Positions 52,695 to 60,500 of a stretch of 64,000 nt of DNA are shown here, one piece after another; within the stretch, counting starts at the first letter, position 1; each line of letters opens with the position of its first letter. This DNA comes from an uncultured Clostridia bacterium. Its GTDB lineage: Bacteria > Bacillota > Clostridia > Christensenellales > CAG-917. Location: NCBI GenBank assembly GCA_947625145.1, contig CANQNC010000004.1:11107-75106 (forward strand). The letters are read 5' to 3'. The position numbers were made by a program, and so were the translations under genes. Under the pieces are notes generated by a model. It was not told where the DNA came from, did not search any database, and saw nothing but the letters and a program-made list of their open reading frames with translations.

Positions 52695-52728
52695 ATCGAA
52701 CTCCTGAAAATTGTTGGGCTGTACGCCT

Positions 52729-53223
52729 TTATTTGTTGTATTTTTTTTGTATCTGAGCGTCTTTTTCCAACGCCTTGTCATGTTCCTCGCGCCGCATGCG
52801 CTCAAGCCGAAGCCGAAGCTCCTCGTCCGAAACCGCCAAGATCTCCGCCGCGAGGTATGCGGCGTTTTTTGCTCCGTCCACGGCGACTGTCGCGACGGGT
52901 ATGCCCGAGGGCATCTGCACCGTGGAAAGCAGCGCGTCCAAACCCTCGAACGTGGCGGACTTCACGGGGATCCCTATCACGGGAAGAGTGGTGTTTGCCG
53001 CAAGCGCGCCCGCAAGATGCGCCGCCATGCCCGCGGCGGCTATCAGCGCTCCGAAACCGTTGTCGCGCGCGGAAGAGGCAAAATCGCTTGCTTCCTTCGG
53101 CGTGCGGTGCGCTGACAGAACGTGCGCCTCATAGGGGACGCCAAGCGCGTCCAACACGTCGAACGCCTTGCTTACGACGGGCAGATCCGAATCGCTGCCC
53201 AAAACAACTCCGACCTTCTTCAT
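52729..53223 (-). CDS. purE: 5-(carboxyamino)imidazole ribonucleotide mutase / AIR carboxylase catalytic subunit
   Basis: Start is ATG 53223: [17 protein letters not shown]...SAHRTP...[10 protein letters not shown]. Confidence 0.92.
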   Translation of the reverse strand: MKKVGVVLGSDSDLPVVSKAFDVLDALGVPYEAHVLSAHRTPKEASDFASSARDNGFGALIAAAGMAAHLAGALAANTTLPVIGIPVKSATFEGLDALLSTVQMPSGIPVATVAVDGAKNAAYLAAEILAVSDEELRLRLERMRREEHDKALEKDAQIQKKYNK

Positions 53224-53234
53224 ATTCACACTCC

Positions 53235-53376
53235 ACAAAAAAAGGCAGAATATTTGTGCATGCAAATATCCTGCCTAAAATGCGTATTCATTAAGCTGTC
53301 CGCTCGGATATCCTCCGAGCCGTCCTCTTGCCAAGCTCATGAGTGCATTATATTATAATCGCGAGCGGCTAGTCAA
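53235..53376 (-). promoter_or_regulatory. pur operon promoter plus leader with an intrinsic-terminator attenuator (sensor class not recognised)
   Basis: On the minus strand: TTGACT (53376-53371), 18-nt spacer, TATAAT (53352-53347). The leader holds hairpin GCTCGGA-GGATA-TCCGAGC, then AGGCAGGATATTTGCATGCACAAATATTCTGCCT + T7 (53243-53276) directly before the RBS GGAG. Confidence 0.55.
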
Positions 53377-53405
53377 GCATTCGAAGCCACAAGTGCAATT
53401 TTTTG

Positions 53406-55334
53406 CTAGTCGAGTTCGAACGCTCCCGTGTACAGCTGATAGTATCTTCCTTTCATCTCAATCAGCTCGGCGTGGTTGCCTCTTTCGATGATCTCGCCGT
53501 GTTCGAGCACGAGGATCATATCCGAATTTCGCACTGTGGACAAGCGGTGCGCGATCACAAACACTGTCCTGCCCTGCATAAGCCTGTCCATGCCCTTTTC
53601 TATGAGCTTTTCTGTGCGGGTGTCAATGGAAGAAGTCGCCTCGTCCAAGATCAGCACGGGGGGATTTGCCACCGCGGCGCGCGCGATCGCAAGCAACTGT
53701 CTCTGTCCCTGCGAAAGGTTTTCCCCGTCTCCCGTCAGCATGGTGTCGTAGCCGTTTGGCAGATGCCTTATGAAATAGTCCGCGTTTGCGAGTTTCGCCG
53801 CCGCCTCGACCTCCTCGTCCGTGGCGTCCAACTTGCCGAAGCGGATGTTGTCCGCGACGGTCCCCGTAAACAGGTGCGTGTCCTGCAAGACCATCGCCAT
53901 GCTTCGTCTGAGGTCGTCCTTTTTGATCTTGGTGACGTTGATCTTGTCGTATCTTATCTTGCCGCTGTCTATGTCGTAGAAGCGGTTGATGAGGTTGGTG
54001 ATTGTGGTCTTGCCCGCGCCCGTGGAGCCTACAAGCGCCACTTTCTGCCCGGGATATGCGGTCATTGTGATGTGTTTCAGCACGGGTTTGTCCGCGTCAT
54101 AGCCGAAGCTGACGTCCTCAAACTCGACCTCGCCCGTCCATTTGACATAGGTTGTGGTGCCGTCCGCTTTGTGGAAGTGTTTCCACGCCCAAACTCCCGT
54201 ATACTCGTCGGTTTCGGTGATCTTGCCGTCCTCTTCCCGCGCGTTGACGAGAGTAACGTAGCCCTCGTCGGATTCGGGCTGTTGGTCGATGAGCTCGAAG
54301 ATACGCTCCGCGCCCGCAAGCGCCATGAGTATGCCGTTGACCTGTTGCGCCATTTGCGCGATGGGGTTGGAGAATTGGCGGGAGAATTGCATGAAGCTGA
54401 CAAGATCGCCCCATCTGAGCGACAGCCCTCTTATCCCCTTGAAGATCGCAAGGACAGTGCCTAGGATCGCCGTGCCCGCGTAGGTGAGATAGGATATGTT
54501 GCCGAGTATGGGCATCAGCACGTTCGCGTAGGTGTGCGCCTTGCGCGATGCGGTGCAAAGCTCGCCGTTCACTTTGTCGAAGTCCTGCTTTTCCTTTTCC
54601 TCATGGCAGAACGCCTTGACGACTTTCAGCCCGTCCAGATGCTCTTCCACATAGCCGTTGAGTTGACCTATCATGCGCTGTTGCAACACAAAATTCTTTC
54701 CGCTCTTGCTTGCGATGAAGCGCACGATAAACAGCTCCACAATCAGCACGATCACGGCAAGCGCGGTCAGAATAGGAGACAAAATCAGCATCATGACAAA
54801 CATTCCGACCACCGTCAACACGTTTGTGATGATGTTGGGCAGTCCGTTTGACAACAGCTCTCTCAGCGTATCCGTGTCGTTGGTGTACAGGCTCATGATA
54901 TCCCCGTGCGTATGCGTATCGAAATATTTGATGGGCAATTTTTGCATCTTTTCAAACATCTCGTTGCGGATATTTTCAAGCACGCGGGTGGTGATGCGCA
55001 CAATGATGAGATTGTAGACATAGTGGAGCGCGGCGCCCGCCACATATATCAAAGCCATGATGACTATGATCGCGACAAACGCGCTCCAACCGCTCAGCCC
55101 GCCGAGCGTCGCGTCGGCGAGAGGATAGTTGACGGGATCGAAGCCGGACAAGGGCAGGATGAAGTTGTTTGTGACGATGGATATCATAAACGTCCCGCCG
55201 ATGTTGCACAGCACGTTTGCCACTATGCACACAAGCGCCACAGCGAGCATGGCTTTGTAGCCTTTGAGATATCCGAGCAGGCGTTTGAATGTCGCGAGAG
55301 GACTTTTTGCCCTGAAACTTTTTGCGTCTTGCAT
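53406..55334 (-). CDS. ABC exporter, fused permease/ATPase (heterodimer half 2)
   Basis: ATG 55334 follows GGAGGAGGG. It has 6 TM segments, Walker A GSTGAGKTT, signature LSQGQRQLLAIARA and Walker B ILILDEATS. Confidence 0.9.
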   Translation of the reverse strand: MQDAKSFRAKSPLATFKRLLGYLKGYKAMLAVALVCIVANVLCNIGGTFMISIVTNNFILPLSGFDPVNYPLADATLGGLSGWSAFVAIIVIMALIYVAGAALHYVYNLIIVRITTRVLENIRNEMFEKMQKLPIKYFDTHTHGDIMSLYTNDTDTLRELLSNGLPNIITNVLTVVGMFVMMLILSPILTALAVIVLIVELFIVRFIASKSGKNFVLQQRMIGQLNGYVEEHLDGLKVVKAFCHEEKEKQDFDKVNGELCTASRKAHTYANVLMPILGNISYLTYAGTAILGTVLAIFKGIRGLSLRWGDLVSFMQFSRQFSNPIAQMAQQVNGILMALAGAERIFELIDQQPESDEGYVTLVNAREEDGKITETDEYTGVWAWKHFHKADGTTTYVKWTGEVEFEDVSFGYDADKPVLKHITMTAYPGQKVALVGSTGAGKTTITNLINRFYDIDSGKIRYDKINVTKIKKDDLRRSMAMVLQDTHLFTGTVADNIRFGKLDATDEEVEAAAKLANADYFIRHLPNGYDTMLTGDGENLSQGQRQLLAIARAAVANPPVLILDEATSSIDTRTEKLIEKGMDRLMQGRTVFVIAHRLSTVRNSDMILVLEHGEIIERGNHAELIEMKGRYYQLYTGAFELD

Positions 55335-55335
55335 A

Positions 55336-57195
55336 TCAGCCCTCCTCCTCGTCCGAGCCTTTTTGTTGGGAAAGGCAGACGTCTCTGTAGATTTCGTTTG
55401 AGGCAAGCAGTTGTTCGTGCGTGCCGATTGCGTCTATTTTGCCGTTGTTCATGACGACGATCCTGTCCGCGTTTTCCACAGACGCGATGCGCTGGGCGAT
55501 TATGATGACAGTCGTGTCCCCGAACTCCTCTTTAAGCCCGCCGCGTATCGCCGCGTCCGTCGCGGTGTCCACTGCGGACGTGGAGTCGTCGAGTATCATG
55601 ATCTTGGGGTGTTTGAGAAGCGCGCGAGCGATGCAAAGGCGTTGCTTCTGTCCGCCCGAGACGTTTACGCCGCCCTGCCCCAGATCCGTGTCATAGCCCT
55701 TTGGGAAGGACATGATGAAGTCGTGCGCCTGCGCGACTTTTGCGGCGTGCTCCATCTCCTCCTGCGTGGCGTTGGGATTGCCCCAAAGCAGATTTTCCTT
55801 TATTGTGCCCGAAAACAGCACGTTTTTTTGCAGGACCATGCCTATCGAGGCGCGCAGGTTGTCTATCTTGTATCTTCTGACGTCCACGCCGCCCACTTTC
55901 ACCTCGCCGTCAAACACGTCGTACAGCCTCGGAATCAGCTGAACAAGCGTCGTCTTTGCCGAGCCCGTGCCGCCTATGATGCCCACGGTCTCCCCGCTTT
56001 TTATGTGCAAGTCGATGTTTTCGAGGTTGAGCACGTCCTTGTTGCGGGAATAGGAGAAGTCCACGTTGTCGAAGTCTATGCTTCCGTCCTTGGGCGCGTC
56101 GTCAATGGCGTCGTCGGCGTCCCTTATGTCTATCTCCTCGTCGATGATCTGCACAATTCTGTCAAGCGAGGCGCGGGATATGACTATCATCATAAAGATC
56201 ATCGCCACCATCATCAAGGACATGAGTATCTGCATGACATAGCTCAAAAACGCCGTCAGATCTCCCATGCCAAGCCCGTTTGCGGGGTTGTTGTGGCTGT
56301 TTATCACGTCCTTGCCGCCCATCAGCATGATGAAGATGATGCACGCGTACACAAGCAGTTGCATGAACGGGAACACGATCACCATGATCTTTTCCGCGGA
56401 ATATTGGAGTTTGCGCACGGTTTCGCTGACCTGTTTGAACTTTTTGGTCTCGTTGTCCTCTCTGACGAACGCCTTGACCGCGCGGATGCCTATCAAGTTT
56501 TCCTGCGTGGACTCGTTCATATCGTCGTACTTATGCAACATTTTTTCAAATCTGGGGAATGTGACGCGCACGCCGATGAGTATGCCGATAAGCAGCAGAG
56601 GCAGAGTGACGCCAAAAATTATGCTGAGGTCGGGGCTTATGGAAATCGCCATGCACAGCGCCATGATCAGCATAAACGGCGCCCTGACAAGCGTACGTAT
56701 GATCATCATGTACGCGTTTTGCATGTTTGTGACATCCGTCGTCAGCCTTGTCACAAGGCTTGCCGTGTTGAAGCGGTCCAAGTTTGCAAAGCTGAAATTT
56801 TCCACCTTGTAAAACAGCTTCTGACGAAGGTTTGTCGCAAAACCCGTCGCCGCGGTTGCGGCAAACTTGCCGCTGAGCGTCCCGCAAAGCAAGGACACAA
56901 GCGCCATTGCCACCATCATCGCGCCGCAGGTCACGATAAACTCAATTCTGTTTGTCATCACAAAAATCGGCTCGGACAGCTTGCCAAGCTCCAAAGAAAA
57001 AGTGAAGCTCGTCAAATTCTCGTCCATGCCGACGTTGACGATCTGCGCCATGATCAGCGGAATGAAAACCTCAAAAAGCACCTCGAAAGCGACAAGTACG
57101 GAGGTCCAAATCGAAACCGCGCCGTACCCTTTGACGCAGGGCGCGATCTTTTTCAAACCTCCTTTTGCGCGAGGGATCTGCCTTTCCATTGCCAT
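55336..57195 (-). CDS. ABC exporter, fused permease/ATPase (heterodimer half 1)
   Basis: Walker A GGTGSAKTT, signature VSGGQKQRLCIARA, Walker B IMILDDSTS. The start is ambiguous (GTG 57207, ATG 57195, ATG 57189). Confidence 0.88.
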   Translation of the reverse strand: MAMERQIPRAKGGLKKIAPCVKGYGAVSIWTSVLVAFEVLFEVFIPLIMAQIVNVGMDENLTSFTFSLELGKLSEPIFVMTNRIEFIVTCGAMMVAMALVSLLCGTLSGKFAATAATGFATNLRQKLFYKVENFSFANLDRFNTASLVTRLTTDVTNMQNAYMMIIRTLVRAPFMLIMALCMAISISPDLSIIFGVTLPLLLIGILIGVRVTFPRFEKMLHKYDDMNESTQENLIGIRAVKAFVREDNETKKFKQVSETVRKLQYSAEKIMVIVFPFMQLLVYACIIFIMLMGGKDVINSHNNPANGLGMGDLTAFLSYVMQILMSLMMVAMIFMMIVISRASLDRIVQIIDEEIDIRDADDAIDDAPKDGSIDFDNVDFSYSRNKDVLNLENIDLHIKSGETVGIIGGTGSAKTTLVQLIPRLYDVFDGEVKVGGVDVRRYKIDNLRASIGMVLQKNVLFSGTIKENLLWGNPNATQEEMEHAAKVAQAHDFIMSFPKGYDTDLGQGGVNVSGGQKQRLCIARALLKHPKIMILDDSTSAVDTATDAAIRGGLKEEFGDTTVIIIAQRIASVENADRIVVMNNGKIDAIGTHEQLLASNEIYRDVCLSQQKGSDEEEG

Positions 57196-57239
57196 AACTC
57201 CGAACACCTCTTCAAGCAGTAAAAATCAATACTATTTAC

Positions 57240-57268
57240 TATTTACAATCAATATATTAAAATGTCAA
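57240..57268 (-). promoter_or_regulatory. candidate ABC exporter promoter
   Basis: On the minus strand: TTGACA (57268-57263), 17-nt spacer, TAAATA (57245-57240). Confidence 0.5.
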
Positions 57269-57350
57269 CTGTTTTGAGCATAAACTTTGCATTTTATAAA
57301 AATTTTAACTTTTATATAGTCCGAAAGCGGATGTCGCGAGGGCAAAACGG

Positions 57351-57386
57351 CAAAAAATATCCCCGCCCCAAACGCTTGGGGCGGGA
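57351..57386 (-). terminator. intrinsic terminator
   Basis: On the minus strand: CCCGCCCCA-AGCGTT-TGGGGCGGG followed by GATATTTTTT. Confidence 0.7.
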
Positions 57387-57527
57387 ATAATCTGTCTTGT
57401 CGCTCCGCGGGCTTTCCGTGCGGAGGGTTGCCTCACCCATGGAGCTTTCCGTTTCCTTACTCACTACACGAGGTTTTTCTTGCAAAGGGTAGTTGCGCTC
57501 CACGAGTTTTCCATATTGAACGCTGTC
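57387..57527 (-). other. structured 3' UTR or small RNA candidate between the giant gene stop and its terminator
   Basis: Helices GTGGAGC/GCTCCAT (with a G.U pair only on the minus strand) and CTCCGC-ACGGAAAGCCC-GCGGAG. No ORF is present. I recognise no family. Confidence 0.3.
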
Positions 57528-60500
57528 TCACTCCGCGGCAGTTTCCGTGTAGTTTGAAATTGTCAATATGCCGTTTATGTCGATGGAAAATTCAAACTCG
57601 ACATGCATCACGGTCTCGTTTTTCTCTTCGTCAACGGCGACATAGCTTCCCACAAATTTTCCGCTGCCCGCCGCGTTGTCGTAGCTGTATTGTCCTTCGA
57701 TCTTCAAGGGCTTTTCATTGTTGCCGTTTATGACATGATAGAACTCCGCCGTGCCCTCGTAGCCCGCCGCGGCGCCGCCCTTGTGGATGTCGAGCTCGCC
57801 GACCACTTCCGCGTTCGCGTATGTGGAATAATCCATGCGATATGCGTAAGCGCCCGATCTGCCAAAGCCCACGTGATAGAGATATTGATTGTAATAATCG
57901 TCCACAATGATCAAGTCATAGCCGTCCGAGGTGTAATCGCTGATCGTGAATGTGCCCTGCCTTACGTTGCCGTAGACGTCCATCAGCGTAACGGTGTCAT
58001 AGCCGTCGAAGTGGAGCACGCTCATGTCGTCCGCAAGCACCTTGAGCCCCTCGAGGTCCGAGGTCTCCATTGTGAAGGCGATATATCTCGACGTAATGTA
58101 CAGTCTGAACGAACCCGACAGTATAAGCCCGCCGTAAGAGGATTCCGTGTACACGTCCATATAATAGCGATAAACACCCGAGCCATCATTGTAGTATACA
58201 GTCTCTCTTCTTACGTCATAGAACCCATAGATATCATAATCGGATTCGGACATAAGGATGAGCATGCCGAGGCCGTCCGCGTACAGCCCCGAGAAATACG
58301 CGCTTCCCGCCGCGGGGAAATATTGGAGAAGAGGACCCATATAATCGTCATGCAAAACGTAATAGAATTGCTCGGTTTCGGGGTCTTCCTGCGCATACAC
58401 AATGTACTGATAGCCCGTTTTATCTTCCATGAACGTGTAGTAGATATAGATAGATCCGGATTCATCGTATCCCGACTCTATGTCCACGATCGCGCCGTGC
58501 ATCTCATCGTCGTAGACGTCAAGCACCGCCTCGTCAAGATAGCCGTTGCAGGAGAAGGAGCCTATGACGTTCAAAAAGTTCGTTCCGTCCGAGCGCGTGG
58601 CGCCGTAATAATAGAACAGATAGAAGTTTCCGCCCAAGATGTTGTTGAGCGTGAAATCCAACGAGGAGTCGTATCTGAGCAAGATCCTGCTCCCGCTCAC
58701 GTTCAACAGCTTGAATTTGAGATTTTTGATCTGATCGGGCACCGTCTGTCCGTCCACGACCGCGCCGCAGACAAACTCGCAATACACGTCACCGTCGCCT
58801 TGCAGATCCCCGTCCGTGATGTTCACCTTGCCCGCCGCAATATCCACGACTTTGCCGTCCGCGCCGACCTGTTGAAGTTTGACGTCGACTTGCGCTCCGC
58901 TCGCGTTTGCGGGGAATTTGATATAATAGGTCTGTCCGCTGTATGTAAACGAGTACACCTCGCCGATCTCATCCGATTCCACGTCATAGCGCACAAGTTT
59001 GCCGTCCTCGATCGCAAACACAAAGGACACTTCGGGCTCGTTGGTTTCGGTGTTGCCCAAATAGCTGACAAACATAAACCATTCGTACCAGCCCGTGGCG
59101 GAAGTGTACGTGCCCTCATGCGGCACGCCCTTTTCGTCTGTGAAGGTCGCGTTGCCGAATTTGTCCAGCTGTATGCTCGGAGCCGTCACGCTCTCCGCGC
59201 CGTCTCCCGCGCCAGCGACGTCCTCTTCGAACGTGCCTTCCTTCATCTCTTCGCGTTTGAGCATATAGTAGCCGCCGTTTTCCCTGTTGACGGACGTGTT
59301 GAGATAAAACTCGAAGTTGTATTGACTGCCGACAAATTTGAAATAATTTTCGGTTTCGCCGTCCTCGACATAGCCGCTGTCTATCATGTCGCCCAACACA
59401 TACGTGTCGTTTGACAGTTCGGGCTCGTAAATAGAGGCGACATTGTGCCCCGTGCCGTCCTCTGCGGTTTCCACCTTGATGATGAATTCGGGAGCGTCCC
59501 AATTCATGGGATCCATGGCTATCCTCAACTCGTAGGGTTGCACGATCGCAAATTCGTAATAGGAGCCGTCCAACTCGAAGAAGAATTCAAGAGGTTCGCC
59601 GCCCTCTTTTTGTCCCGAGAAGAAATAGTACCAAGAGCGAGTTTCCACCAAGCCTTCAAACTTCTCGCCCTCGTTGTTCACGTAGGTCGCGTTGCCGAAA
59701 TAGTCCAACTTGAGCGTGGATTTGTCCGCGTCCTCGGTGGCGTCGAAGGTATCGCTGTAAAGATAGACCACGTTGGGGAAGATCGCGACGGTCCCCTCCT
59801 CGGCCTCGCGGAGGCAATACATATACAGCGAGTCGCCCGCGGTGAAATAATAGCCGTTTTCGACTCCGTTGTAAACGTCAAGCACGCCCGCGCCGTAAAA
59901 CTCTTGTTCGCCGTCCTCGCCGAGCGCGAGCATCCAGCCATAGCCGTTGTCCTTTGATTGCGCGATCAAGCCTATTTCCATCTCTTCGCCGACCATGCCC
60001 GCCATATACAGCGTGTATATGTTTGCGCTGAGGGCTTCGCAGTGGTTGAGGTCCACGATCAAAAACGCTATGAAGTCCTCTCCGCTGCTGACTTTAATGA
60101 GGCCGTTGATATAGAGATATTCGCCCTTTTGAGCTTCGAGCTTGTTGCCCTCTGCGGGCGTGTATGTCAACGCGCCGTCTTGCGCAAACGTAAGCTCGCC
60201 CTCTCCTCCGTCCACGCTGAACGTGACTCCGCCGAGCATGACGCCGTTTTCGTTGGCGTAATACTTTTTGGCCTCTTCATTCCACGAGAAAACGAAGCAG
60301 AAAGTGGTGGACGTAAACATCTTCATGGACTGCGCGTCCACGTCCGTGGCGTCCGAAACAGAGCCTTGAACGACCGAGTCGTATGCGTCCACATTCTTCA
60401 AAACGAGATAGGCGTCCTCTCCGTCAAGCTCCAAAAGGAGCCCCAAATCCTCTTCGTAACCTATGTTGGGGTCCGCTATACTGCGGATCGATGGAAGTTC

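Noticed and set aside
53277-53340. Guanine/adenine riboswitch in the purE leader
   Set aside because: The three-way-junction core motifs (UAUAAU...UAUGG...CCGUAAA...GACUAUG) are absent, and the segment is too short and folds differently. It is reported instead as an unclassified attenuator.
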